A stretch of DNA of 64,000 nucleotides, from contig NC_045697.1 in assembly GCF_009834535.1 (NCBI RefSeq), forward strand, positions 114,516,001-114,580,000, in the 5' to 3' direction. Position numbers and translations under genes: made by a program. Below are positions 28,307 through 41,685 of this stretch, piece by piece. Numbering within the stretch: the first letter of the stretch is position 1; the number at the start of each line of letters is the position of its first letter. Below the pieces are notes generated by a model. It was not told the DNA's origin. It saw only the letters and a list, made by a program, of their open reading frames with translations, and searched no databases. Source of the DNA: Camelus ferus (lineage: Eukaryota).

Positions 28307-30600
28307 TACTATCAAAACAAATTTTAATCTTTTCTTGAGGTATCTTGCCCCGCATCACCATTTATCAGCCTTATTGCCTCACTTTTTATTGCTGTCTTCC
28401 ATTTGGAGAACAGGAGGATCCAAGATTAACATAAAAGATAGGTCCCCGTTGTAGGAAAAATGTGGGAACTCAATCCTTGAAGCAAAAAGGCAGTTCTGTG
28501 TTGGGGGTTGCTCACACAGCTCTAAGAAGGTATGTGATGGAGTTGAATATCACCCTTCTGTCAATAAAAAGAAAAGATTTTAAATTGGGGTGAGGGAGCG
28601 ACTGAATACCTCGCTATAAAGAAGAAGAGTGAAGTAGCAGCTGCAAGGATTTGGGACATTCTGCAACAATCTAGTCCATACACATTCAGAGACCACCTTA
28701 GGTTGTGAGATGAACATTTTCATACTGGGTACACTCAATCTCGCCTTCTTTCTGTTAAAGAGACCACTTTTTTCAGGTCTACTGTTGATTGTAAATATCA
28801 ACCTAAAATTTTAGATATTTACCCCCATAAAACTGTCTTTTAAAAAATTTACAATTTTCTATCTTTGAATTTGGCTAAGTTCTCTTTTTATCAACCATGT
28901 GTAATTTCAGCCTCTGAACAGATTTAGATATTGAGTTCCATTAAGTCCACTAACTGCTGGATGAAATAACACTTCCTTATATTTGCCTTAACATTACCTT
29001 AGAGGATGTGAATTTTAGTCCTCAAAAATACCCACATAAAAATGAATTAGAAATAACCTAATGACTCTATTTTTTACTTGAAAATACTTCATCTCTTAGA
29101 ATTCTAAATTCCCTCGAGGTTTTTCCTAATTTAAAGACAACATGTAAATGAGAGATTTAACATATTAGATATTGAAACGTTAGTTTTGTAAATTAATAAT
29201 CCAAGTAATTCAAGCTTTAAGACAATTCAAAGAAAGAATATTTCTAGCTACTTAAAAAAAATAATGGTAAAAAGCTTTATTTGTGATTTAAAGCTTTATT
29301 TATACCCAAGGGCAGGGCATACTCAAAGTTAACTGCAAAGTGCAAAGTTTAATTTTGTAAAGAGTAAAGCACCTTTTCTCAGTTTGACCTCTTTTCTCAA
29401 TGAACTTTTACTTCCTTATGGTGTGTTGTATCTCTGTTTCTTTTTCTAACCTGAGTATTTGAACAGTGGCAACTAAGAATAGTAATTATATTCAAAATTT
29501 AATCATCTCCCAAACATGATAAAAACGACTGTAGAATTTTTATAGGGTGGACATAGAGATGGAACAGTGAAGTCCAAAACCAAATTGCTTTATTTTTGAA
29601 AAAGAAAAAAAGTAAACGAACAGAAAAAAAAACAACAACACGGCACTTACTTAAATTTAATCTTTCAAACTTTCTTTTCCAATCCGATTGAACTAGATCC
29701 CTACTGTTTTATACCGACCTTATCTAAGAAATCAAATTTCTGACTTTTTCTTTTCCATGTATTTGACAGTGTGAATTGGTATTAAACTGTGTAATTTTAG
29801 GATTAAACATTTCAAAAACTTGAGCAACACTGTTATATTTTATTATTAAACTGACAGATATTTTTTTGACCACATAAGGTTCTACAAACATGATAAATTT
29901 TTACCACTGGGGCATCTTTGTTTTAAGTGGATACATTAATATCATTTTTATCTGCCGCTTAAAAATAAAAGGTCTTGATTTTTTAATGTAATCTATAACC
30001 TTGGCGTTGCTTTAAACATCAAAGGCTTACTGCTCTTCTGGCCATTAACAACTTTGGTAAGAATGACATGCAGGTGATGTTTTGCCGTGTAAAAGACTAC
30101 CTGGTAAACAGCTGACCTCATTTATTTTCTGTAGAGCAAAATCAGGTTCTGCTTGGATGCACAAGTGGCTTATTGTATCACCCCGGGTATTCTTAAGTGT
30201 CACCCGCGGTCTCCTCTAGCAGTTTACACATTATCCTGAGAATCCACATCATTAGTTTAAATTAGGTTCACTTAATTAGCCAGCTGGTACTCTCCTTGTC
30301 AGACTGATAAACAAGATGTGCTTCACTGTTTCTTCCCGTCAAAGCTGCCCTTCCAGTTCCGTGCACCTTTGTCGCTATTCTCTGTACTTCCTCCTTACAA
30401 AATTAGCCATCTTTCTAGAAGCTGATACAACTGGTCCATGACCAGTGGAGCACCAGTTTAAAGTTATTTGTAATTGGTGCACCCACCCTTAAGAAATACT
30501 GATAAATCTGTATCACACTAGGTGTGTTGGGATTATGAGTTGAGGTTTATAGATCTACAAAAGGCAAAAAGAATCTCATAATATAACTAAATTGTATCCC

Positions 30601-31053
30601 TAAACAATATTTTTAACTATTAAAGAAAAAATTATCAATATCTTTATAAAGCTACAGCAAATAAACACTTTTTGTTATTACATTATATAGTCCATTTTAA
30701 ACATTTCTACAAAGGGATAGGATAAGAAGTAATTCATCGTGATACTATAACACTCTGAAATGGTACTTACGTAGAAAATTAAGAAATATGGATTCTAGGA
30801 CCTGAATATGTAGATCATTGTATTAATTATTAAACAATGTTTTAAAACGCTAAATAAAAATATCAATATCTGGATAAAACTGAAACAAGTAACTTTTTGT
30901 TATTACCTTATATAATACATTTTAAACATTTTTACAGAGGAGCAGAATAAGTTAATTCATCATGATAAATTAACTCTGAAAATAGTACTTACATGGGAAA
31001 ATAAGAAATATGGATTCTAAGATCTGCATATGTAGATCACTATCATTAATTAT
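30601..31053. repeat. Diverged tandem duplication, unit ~230 bp, two copies
   Basis: Shared ordered blocks 230-222 bp apart: taaacaat, tatcaatatct, tttttgttattac, cattttaaacattt, taattcatc, gtacttac, taagaaatatggattcta, atatgtagatca, attaattat. Confidence 0.9.
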
Positions 31054-32049
31054 AACAACACAGAATTAGGTTATTTGAAAGATATTTCTGAATATGTTTA
31101 ATAAACCAATAAATCTTTGGAAGAAAGATTGTGGCTTAATTATCTGAATATGACCAGGCCAAGCAAATGCTACTGTTTACACAAAATTGTAGTGTTTATG
31201 GGATGGGAGAGAAATTTCCAACCTATGGTATCAGAACATTTTATTTAAACAACGTCTCACAGAATCATTCAAGAGATCAAACCGGATTGCCTTTGTCCTG
31301 TTGTGGTGAGGTTTCCAATCATTTCCATAGGCTTCTCAAGGCAAAGTTTAAAACCAATTTTTCTATCAAAATGATATTGGTAGTCCAAACAAATTTATGC
31401 TAAGTACTAAATCAGCATTGTGTGTACGTGGTTAATTTTGTGGTGAAAAATAAGCTTATATGCAACGCTTTCTCCAAATCCTGTGTCTCGAACATTGTCT
31501 TTTGACTTATATGAGTTTTCCTGATAAATGCTTGGTGGCTGCAGAAACAAACTATATATACACACCACTGGTCTCCAGACGGAGTGTATGCAACACAAGG
31601 AAAGTGAAAGATGACCAGTTGTAGGAAGGGAATCCTGGGACATCCCTTACATTCCTTTTTATCTTAAGAAAAGAATGATAGTACATTGTATAAATATTTA
31701 ACATATGGACCAGTATTGGATGCCTGAATTCACCTTTCTGTTGGATGGTGAGGGTATCTTGAGAGGAAAGTGGGAGTTTTATAGGAGGGAGGGATGGACT
31801 TGGTTCCCTTCGTCTTTTGTTTACTTTTATCTGTACAAATGGGATATGTCAACAAAGACTTCAGTGAAGATTAAAAAAATAATTTATATTTGTAAAATAT
31901 TTAGGAAAGAAACTTTGTTCATAATAAGCCTGTCGCAAAGTATAGTTGTTCTCACTGTAAAAAATAACGATGATCTTGGCATGTTCAATTTTGCGATTTG
32001 TTCTTCCCAATTAAGTCGATTTAGAGGGTCATTAACTATGTAATGATGT

Positions 32050-32640
32050 GTATGATTTACAAGGTATTGTTCTAAGTGCATAGGTTATATCGCCAAGCTA
32101 CACAAACACGAAAGGTCTGCCTGCTTGGAGCCTAGAACCCACTGGATGGAGACAGACAATGAAAAATAAAATAGCTAAAAGTTATATGTAAATTACACAA
32201 TATGGAAAGTGGTCAGTGCTCTTGGAAAGGGTAAAACACAGCGGTTCATGTGGGATTGGTGAAGACGAGGATGAAGGGAAATGCACTGAAGGGCGGGCTG
32301 GTTACAGTTTGAAACAGGATGTTCAGACTGGCCTCACCCAGGAGGTGGATTCTCAGCCTAGGTATTCTGGAAGCACCTGCTGGGGCACCTGTGGAAGATG
32401 CCTAGTTCCAGGGGAAAGCTCTCCAAGTGCAGAAGCGTGGCTGGTGTGTTGGAAGAACAGCAAGGAGGCTTGAGCATCTGGATTGGAGACATCAGGGGAG
32501 AAGAGGAGGGGGGGTCTCAGAAAGCAGACTGGGGAGTGACAGGTCATTATAAGGACTTTGGACTTTTACTCTGAGGGATATGAGAAGATGCTGTAGTGTT
32601 TTGAGCACATGGCTGTCATGATCTGTCTAATGCTTACTGA
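32050..32640 (-). mobile_element. L2 LINE fragment
   Basis: ggagcctag...gagacagacaat...gttccagggga...gtgtgttggaagaacagcaaggaggc...aaggactttggacttttactctgag typical of antisense L2. Confidence 0.75.
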
Positions 32641-32895
32641 AAAAAGAAAAAAAATTGCTCTGACAAAGCGGTCGAGAAAGTTGATGAGCAGAAGGTTCAA
32701 AGGTAGGAAGCATGAGAGGGGGTTCCAGAGGCTCTGTGTGTAGGGGCAAAGGGGCAGGAGCGACAAAGAGCTCAGTGTTGAGAAGGATGCAGTCACGTGG
32801 GACGCGAGGCATAGGAGGAAGAGGACCGTCACTGGCAATACAATCTTTACCTTCTTTTTTCATTAAGCTTAAGGACTTAATTGTGACAAGCATTT

Positions 32896-32922
32896 GTGTG
32901 TGTGTGTGTGTGTGAGAGAGAG
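32896..32922. repeat. (TG)n(AG)n compound microsatellite
   Basis: Direct reading. Confidence 0.85.
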
Positions 32923-33884
32923 AAAAATAGTGTCTTTCTCTTTTACAAAAGCTGATAGTCTAAATTTACTGATCGCTTATTTTCCAAAGTGGAATTTCAG
33001 ATATTTCATAACATCCAACACCTGGAATTTCACCCTTTCAAAAGTTGACAATTTCAAGAGGAAAAACATTTTTTTTTGACTGAAAATTGGGTTACAGCCA
33101 AGATGATCCTGAAGACAGTTGTTTGGAAAGACTTTTGTCCTTGCTGTATGATATTGCTGAAAACCATGGAAACATTCTCTGTGTAAAATGTGTTCTATCC
33201 ACATGCTCGAAAACTTATAAATAGATTTTTTCCTAAGAGTTAAACCTTTTCCCAGTAAAGTATGTCAAAAGGACTTTTCTTCATTTTTATCTGCATGTCT
33301 TTTTCCGTTCTGGTGAGCTTTTAGAACCAAACAACAAAATAAACTGAATTTAATACCAAACCTTTGAAATGCTGAAACACAACATGTTCACAAATTTTGG
33401 AGACAAACATTTTTTTAAATTCTGAAGTTGTTTTGAAAATTGAAGTTTTGTTCCTTCAAAAACATATCTCTTAATTTATTTAAAGAAGATTAATTAGGAA
33501 CTGCCTTCTGACTGCTTCCTGGGACATACCCTCTCTCATAAGTGAACTTTTAAAAATTGTCTCTGTCTCACCACTTATAAAACAAGGTTCATCCTTGAAG
33601 GCTTAATTGAAGCATCACCTCCTCCTCATCCACCCTGCTCATCCTCTGAGCTCCCATGGGATCTGCTCCTTGTTTTTATTTCACGACACGCGTTTTAAAT
33701 TCTTTTAAGTTCTTTCACCCTCTCACCTGCAAACTCTTCCAGGACACAGACTCTGTTTATTACAGTAAATAACCTCTCCCAGTTCTCAGTTTCTTCATTT
33801 GCTCAATGAGAGCAGTGCGTCTCTAAAACGCTCTGGTGCTGTGTCATGACTATACCTCTAGTTCAGTTAATTTCTCTAGCAGTA

Positions 33885-34050
33885 GTTATAGTGGTATTTT
33901 GTGGTGCTCAACAGGCACCAGGCACACTCTGAACACATTATATTTGTTACATTTACTACCTTATCTAATATTTACAATGACTCCTTGAAGTAGGTGTTAT
34001 TACAGTCTCCATTTTATTATGGAGCCACAGGAAAGGTTAGTAACTTCCAA
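33885..34050 (-). mobile_element. MIR fragment
   Basis: ccaggcac.ctctgaacac...tgaagtaggtgttatta...ctccattttat...aggttagtaactt. Confidence 0.6.
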
Positions 34051-34099
34051 TAGTATTATTATTATTACTGTTACTGTTATTGTTAAAATTTAAGTGAAG

Positions 34100-34587
34100 A
34101 CGCTAAGATTTGAAGTCACACATTTTGGAGTGACAAGGTGCCCTGGAGGCCAACAAAGAAACACTGGAAAAGGTAGGAATCTCCAGTGTCCAAAAGTAAC
34201 CTTTTGCTCATTATGCCCTCATTACAATAAAATGATCCTTGCAGATTAGAAGAACCCATCCAGCACTAACACCATGACACCTCCGATCCAGACCAAATAA
34301 GGGCAAAAAAAATCCCTCCTCCCCTCGGGAAGGTGGAGCTGGGATGAAAATATGAAAATCAGGGACTACTACCCCAAGCCCTTCCCTCCCCAAGGAATAT
34401 TCTGCCCATTCATTTTACACCCTGTGTAACCAACTTGCCAAAGAAGCTCAGGGCAGCTGCTCACCTGAGTCTGCCCGCTCTCCCCTTGAGAGTGCACTAC
34501 CCATCCCTTAATAAATCCTCACTTTACTTTCTTAACTTCTGTGTCTTGTCTCTGAATTATTTCTGTGACAAGACAAGAACCTAATCA
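34100..34587 (+). mobile_element. ERV1-class solo LTR (5' boundary approximate)
   Basis: GC-richer block with AATAAA at 34510-34515 followed by U5-like tgtgtcttgtctctgaatt..ttctgtgacaagacaagaacc and terminal CA. Confidence 0.7.
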
Positions 34588-35077
34588 CCTACAATAAAAA
34601 CACTTGCTCATAAACATGGGGTATAGTGCCTGTCAGTGGTTTTCCACTGCAGTTGTGCTCCTTACACAAATGCTGCTCCATATCGTTGAGCCCCTTGGGT
34701 TTCTTTTCACCTTCCAAAAGAGAAAAAAACAAGAATAAAAGCAAAAGACTGTTTCTCATCCACAAGGCATATATAGGAGGGCAACACATCCACACACTGT
34801 CAGGAATGAAACTCTCAGTGAGCAGGGATGGTCTTTGGTAGGTAGAGAAGTTCCCACTCTGGGCAGGATCACAGACTCAGATCCCAGGCCCACTGACCAC
34901 TGGCTGGCTGGTGACTGGTAAGACACGGTCTCAGGTGTCTTATCCCATTTTATGTGGCTATTAACAGAACCTAGAGATTGTGGTATGCCCATAAGATAAT
35001 ATTTATGGAAGAGTCTCGTAGAAAGGAAAGAACCTTATGAGAGCTGGCCAGCCAAAAATTTTTATTCAGATGGTTCT

Positions 35078-35151
35078 CAATTTGACACAACATTGTAAAA
35101 TGACTATAACTCAATAAAAAATGTAAAAAAAACAAAATAAAATATAAAAAA
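35078..35151 (+). mobile_element. Very short L1 tail insertion
   Basis: ttgacacaacattgtaaaatgactataactcaataaa + A-rich tail; TSD atggttct 35070-35077 / 35152-35159. Confidence 0.85.
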
Positions 35152-35509
35152 ATGGTTCTTTACTATTTAAAGTTATCTAAGGATCTTTGTTCTTTTTTTA
35201 ATGGTATCCTACCAATTGGATAACAATGTCTTTGTTATTGTCACTTTTGTTGTCCTATTGAACTATTTTAACATTTAAAAGCCTAAAGATTATATTCCAT
35301 TTTAAGTTGTATGCAAAATTGGGTGACTATTATAAGCATACACAGATCGAGTTTAACATAAAAGGGGAAAATATAAAAAATCAAAAGAATCTTATTGCTT
35401 TGTTATTAGTGTAATGGTTAATGATGATTCTTTCACTATATACCCATTGAAATTATTGATCAGTACATGAAGACTGGAAATGAAACACCTGGCATTCCTC
35501 TGAGTACCA

Positions 35510-36090
35510 TTAACCAAATACCAGACTAACTTTTCCTCAAGCAATAGAACCATTTAATTATCGCCAATAACATCCAATCTCAGGATAGTTATTCTAGGTT
35601 CATGCAGCATCTCAAGGCTGTTACTGAAAAATTCAGTCTCCTTTCATTTTTCTCCTGCTGAATCCTCAAATTGTTGCCTTTTCCTTCTTAAGCTTGTTGT
35701 TTCATGATCTCAAAATGGCTTTGGAATTTGAGCCTTAGTGTCTTCATATGGCAGCATCTAAGGCAGGAAGAAAGGGAAAGGATGGTACAAGGAAGTCTCC
35801 ACCTGTCTATTTTGATGGGAATTCGTATCACTCTCACAATTCATCCATCATCTTCATCTTTACAATGTGTAAACTAGGATAAGCCATGTGACCACCTCTA
35901 ACCTCTAGAGATGTTGGGACACTTAGCCCTTGTCAAAGGGGAATGAGATCAGTCATTGGTTTAAACCTGTGCTGCTAGCCCAGTGGGCTACCTTCCCCGA
36001 GAACATTGCTACCCACCTGAACCCAAAACAACATCATGGCTCTGTTAGACAGAAAGAAAGGGGTAAGGTCATGCATACAGAAGTATTTAA
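35510..36090 (-). mobile_element. Old MaLR LTR (MLT1K/L-like)
   Basis: catgatctcaaaatggct...aggcaggaagaaaggg...catgtgaccacctcta...ggctctgttag..agaaagaaagggg blocks. Confidence 0.55.
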
Positions 36091-36995
36091 ATAGGTCTGT
36101 TCAGAAATGCAATAACTACTTCTAATCCAAGAATATTGAGAATTTTAAATAGATAAAATATAGGACAAGGTTTTAGAAAAGAAATACTTTAGTAAGACTA
36201 CATTGCTAACATGTTAGATAAAATATGAATCTGTGTGTTCAACCCACTGTGAAGAGGGTTACATCATGAACTAAGATTTGAGAAATTCTATAAATATATT
36301 CACTAGAACTTGGGGATGAAATGCCTTTACTATTGCATAAGGGTTCTTTTATTGAATACAACTTGTTTTATGTTATAAAATTAGAAAATATGTAACTATT
36401 ACAGGAAATTACTTCAAAAAGGTGTTCACTTGTAATATAAATAGCTTGGAATTAAGGTGAAGTGAAATAACTTACCGGCAGCAATTTGTTTTCTGGAAGT
36501 TTTGTTTTCAGTAAATGCTAAATATGATAAATGTTAGCAGGAAAACTCATTTACCATCTCAAGTATGGTACAAAAAAATGCTTTTCCTTTTTCTATTGTT
36601 TTAGATTTCTCATTAAGGAAACTAAATTAGGTAATCTGTTATGATAGTTACAACCGTAGATCAGATTGTTGGTGTTTTAGCATTATAGATGGCTAAATCC
36701 AATAACCAGCTGTGGGATAGAAAAATCTAATAGGGTAAACATAGTTATCACCTGTATTCAAAAATTAAAATACACATATTAATCACTTATATCTCGAGTT
36801 TCTAAATAGCTTCTCCATCAAACACAATTTGCATGAGTAATGAATGAATATGACTATATAAAAGGGTGCAAAAACATGTTTGAGTCAAGTATCATGTTTC
36901 CAAATTCATTAAATAAGGGTTTAGAAAATTAGATAATTGACAACAGAAATGTTTAATCTGATATCCAAAAGCTTGGAGTCTTCCATAATTTCTAG

Positions 36996-37181
<186 letters not shown>

Positions 37182-39584
37182 TGAGAAAATAGTGGTCTTT
37201 AAGCATTTAGATACCTAACGGATATTTATAACCATTTGACAATGATATTCTTCCATCTGAGAAATGTATTTTAAACACATCTAGATCTGCAAAGAAGGGG
37301 AAAAATTGTCAATACTCAAGTACCTTTTTTTGGATTGGAAAATGTTCTAGGTCATACTTACCAAGCATTAGATTTATGTGCAAAAATAATAACCTATGAT
37401 GACAAAGCTCATGCCATTGGGAATAAAAAAAAAGTTATAGTTTACCTTTTGACAGTTCTGTACTTCCTTCTGATTTTCATGAGAATTTTATTGTTTCCAT
37501 TTCTCTTTAAAATGGTGCCTGTTGGATGGGGCATGTGAGACAGAGACCAGGAGATTTGGACAGAATCTCAACTCAGGTCTCCATTTTCCTCCAAACACAC
37601 ATTATTTTACTCTCTGGGTGTAGGCTCATTTCTAATTGGGGTAAATGTGCTGTCATTTCTGTGGAATTTGCTTATATTTGAAATCGTTTATATGAGGACT
37701 TGACAGATATATATGTATATATATGTGTGTGCATACATTTTGACAATGACTCATTGTAGCAGTGTTAAGAAATTCCCCACATATTATCTAGCCATCTAAA
37801 ATGGGTTCTTTTTCTCTGAAGTTCTAATTTAAAAATATGCTAATAAGATTCAGTGAATTTTTAAAATATTTGCTAGGTGGAAGTGAAAGGTTAGTCTCAC
37901 ATCTGAAAATATAAAATATAGGAATTGAGAATTGCTCTTAAAATAGTACATATACAAGATTTATTTAGATAAAGAGTGTATGTACATATTTCTGTATGTA
38001 TAAAGACAGAGAGATAGACAGACAGACAGATAAGTGACTGGGTCTCGGAATCAGAGAACAGGTTGTGTCTTACTCATGGAAAGTGCTAGTTTTTATTTTC
38101 CATCCTCAACCCACACAGGGTGATGTGGTGAGTGACTAGAAGGAGACTGGAATCCCATGTCCCTAAGTTGTTTTAAGTCCCTCCCTTTGGTGTGAGAGAG
38201 AGAAAGAAAGACAGATACTCTGGCACGTGTGCAAACCTTCTCCTGGGAGAGGAGGGGTAGTCAGTGCGCTGGCACATCAGTAACAGCTTAGATGAGTTAA
38301 GCCTCTAAATCTCTCAGAAGCAATACTCCATCTCAGGCTTCCGAGACATTTTGGCTCGGCCCATCATCCTTTAACCAAGTTAGCCAATGCTTTCTGCTCA
38401 GAAAGACCTGACTCTGCAGAAATGTCAGAATAGTTACGGGTCATTGTCTCCCAAGAGGATTATCAGGAAATATCTCCCAAACAAATGGGATTTGAGTTTT
38501 GTTTGAAAAAAGGGAACTGACTTTCCTTTGGAGAAATTGAATTGAGCAAATCAGAACATGTGGGCAAGCTCTCTTTTTTGCTGGAGTGTCCCTGTGCCAC
38601 AATATTGAAGTTACTGGAAAGAGACTGATGCTAGGGTGTGCAGGCTAGGAGACAGCTGTTTAGCCCTAATGCAGTAGAATGTATAATGGTACCCACTGAC
38701 CCTTGAAGGTGCAGAAGCATTTTACCAAGGATCCAAACGCCCTCTTTTGTGCTTTCATGTTGAATATTATTAAATCTATACATCTTTGTCAATTAGGAAA
38801 GCCGTATATCTTATTTTCTCTGATATTTACAATTAACTCATAAAACCCTATGAATTGTCATAATTTTAGGTGATGAAGACAGTGATTTTCCATCTAGTGT
38901 TCTCAGACGAATTCTCAAAAAGATTTATCCTAGGTATTTTTAGAGGACATTTATGCCTTATGAAAATTTAAGAAATTCTGTAAAAAGCTAAAACTTATGA
39001 GTCCGTCATCTGCAGTTTTATGATCTTTGTGTAGTGTTTTTGCAAATGTACAATTAGAGAAGAAAATATCCTCAGAAAACAACTTGGAGTAAAATCTTCA
39101 CACTCTGCTAGTGGCCAGGAAGTAAATCCCAGCGAGATGGGGTGATGGGGCAGATGGTGGCTCTGGGTTTGCAGAAGGTGTGGCACAGAGCGAGGCCAGC
39201 AAGGTTGTTGCCAGACTGGCCCTGTTGATTAAGGTGTATCACAGATCAACCTATGTCCTTAAAGTCAGTGGGTTCAGTCCTGAACCTGGCAATTCACCAC
39301 TTCCTGCTCAATTCTACCAGTGAGAAGGACCTTGACCCATGAGGAATTAAAGCCCAGACTTACCCTGGGGAAGTGGCTTTGTCTTTTTACAACCTAGGAC
39401 TATGCCAAGCACAGAAGAGACGTTCAGATAATCTTCAGTGGTGTGAAATATTTTTGCATCGTGCAAGTTTGCATTGTAAGTTTGGGATACAATACACATA
39501 TTATAGCTTTGTTTGAGTATTAAATTCTGTGATGCCTGTAAACTATTCAGGACATATATTGAAACATAGCACGCTCTTAGTAAA

Positions 39585-39631
<47 letters not shown>
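39585..39631. repeat. (TAT)~15 trinucleotide microsatellite
   Basis: Direct reading; explains the poly-Ile run in ORF 39529..39744. Confidence 0.95.
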
Positions 39632-39632
<1 letters not shown>

Positions 39633-39859
39633 TTCTGTTAGTCTAAGTATTATTAATTTCAAATACACGTACATGCATTTTGAGAATTATATACTTCTAT
39701 ACAATCCAAAGGGAAGAAAATTTGGAGAGTTCCATTGGAATTAATCTTGTTGATTTTTATTAAAGTCTTTTAGGCATTATTATGAATGGCTAAAAACCAG
39801 GGAGGGGTTTCTCACTGAAACTCGTTAATAAAATAGATATAGTGTCTTTAAAATTTCAT

Positions 39860-40175
39860 CACATATTTGGTTCTCTCCCCCTCTGGGCACATGGGGGTCT
39901 TCTTTTGGTTGGGTGGGGCCATATGATTAGTTCCGGCAAATAAGGCCTTTCATGAGTGGAAACATTCAAAGATCCTCCCTCATGAGCTGCTCCTTCCTCA
40001 TGGGAAATGGAATGAAAATACTAGGAACAGTAGATATCCTGCCAGAGCCCTCTGGGGAAGCAACAGGTATGAAACAAAATCTTTGTATTCTAAGCCACTA
40101 AGATGTAAAGATTTGTTTCTGTTTCATTTATTTATTTTTTTTGACTGTCACGTAACTGCGTCTATCCTGATGGTT
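39860..40175 (+). mobile_element. Old MaLR LTR (MLT1I/J-like)
   Basis: ttgggtggggccatatga.tagttc...aaatctttgt...taagccactaagat...atcctga. Confidence 0.55.
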
Positions 40176-40849
40176 GTAATAATCCATTTTCTTGAAGTTG
40201 GCAAAATTTCCAATGGAACTCACGAAATTATACGCATTTGAATGAAGAAAAATTAACCTTTTTGGGAAAAAAAACCCTAAAAATAAAAATGCTATTTGCT
40301 TCTGTCTTAAAAACCTAAGGAAAACATTCAGTTTTGGGGGAGGAAATGCTACTTAATTTAGGCAGTCACTAGTTTAGGAAGTTTAATTTTGTGATAATAT
40401 GTAGAAATGATTTAAAATGGAAAAATAAAGGCAGGAGAGTGCTTCAAAAGGCAAAATCCAGAGCAATGGCTTTGCAACAAGGGCAACAGAGCAAAGGTGG
40501 AGGTGTGAGAAATCAGGGAGGAGGAGCTGATAGAATTTGGTGTGCAATGGTGTATAAGGAATAAAGGAGCTCAAAAGTGGTGATCTTTTCTTTAATGAAC
40601 TATGAGAGTTTCCAAGACCAATTAATGATGAATAGTTAGAAGAAACCTCTCTGATTAAAACTCACTTAAATCTGTTATTTTCTATGTGTAAAAGGAAAAA
40701 AAAGGTTCAAAGTATGGTGTTCTATTCTAAGATTTCTAAGAGCAAAAATAGTTCATGTGGTATTTTTTTTTAGTTCTCTGTTCTATGTTTCCAAATCTTT
40801 TATAGGAGGGGGAAGTTTTTATTTATCAGTTATTCCTCAAAAAAGCCAT

Positions 40850-41058
40850 GGAGGGAGGAAGGGAGGATGGGAGGAAGGAAGGAAGGAGGGAAGGAAGGAC
40901 GGATGGAAGGAAGGAGGAAGGAAGGAAAGAAGGATGGAAGGAAGGAAGAGAGGAAGGAAGGAGGGAAAGAAGGAGGGAGGAAGAGAGGAAGGAAGGAGGG
41001 AAGGAGGGAAGGGAGGAAGGGAGGAAAGGAACTGAAGAAGAAAGAAAGAAAAAGAAAG
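40850..41058. repeat. Imperfect (GGAA/GGGA)n polypurine tract, ~210 bp
   Basis: Almost purine-only + strand; produces several spurious low-complexity ORFs. Confidence 0.95.
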
Positions 41059-41377
41059 CAAGTGAGTATCTCATTTATCTCATACGTCCACTTTTTATTT
41101 TTCTCATTTTAGCAATAACATTTCTAGAATACATAAGTTACTTATATGCATGTTTTATATTTTAAGCAGACAAATCTTTTTCAATTTTTTTCTCTATAGC
41201 AGCAGCAGCTTCTACCTTGAAAATAAGCAACCGATTACAGAATTCCAAATTGCTTGATAATATACTAATTTGAGGGTGGGAATAAAGAGTCTAGGCAGAC
41301 AACTGCCAAAGATTTACTTCACATCTGATGCTATGGAGGGCATGGTTTGCCAGGTCTAAATGTGCTGTTCCGTGTAG

Positions 41378-41503
<126 letters not shown>

Positions 41504-41526
41504 TAAGTGCTAAGATGAGTACCCAC

Positions 41527-41685
41527 TTTTTTTTTCAATAAGAAAAATTATTTACTTAAGATTTTTCTGGAGGGAGGTAATTCGGTTTATTTATTATCAG
41601 TTTTTTTTAACGGAGGTACTGGAGATTGAACCCAGGAACTCATGCATACTAGGCACATGCTCCACCACTGAGCTATACCCACTCC
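41527..41685 (-). mobile_element. tRNA-derived SINE (vic-1-like, long form), 25 nt downstream of exon D
   Basis: Reverse complement: gggtatagctcagtggtggagcatgtgcctagtatgcatgagttcctgggttcaatctccagtacctcc...taaaccgaattacctccc + A-rich tail. Confidence 0.9.

Noticed and set aside
39529..39744. Poly-Ile membrane-like ORF
   Set aside because: Translation of the (TAT)n microsatellite.
40757..41165. Cluster of G/R/K/E-rich and P/S/F/L-rich ORFs
   Set aside because: Translations of the (GGAA)n tract.
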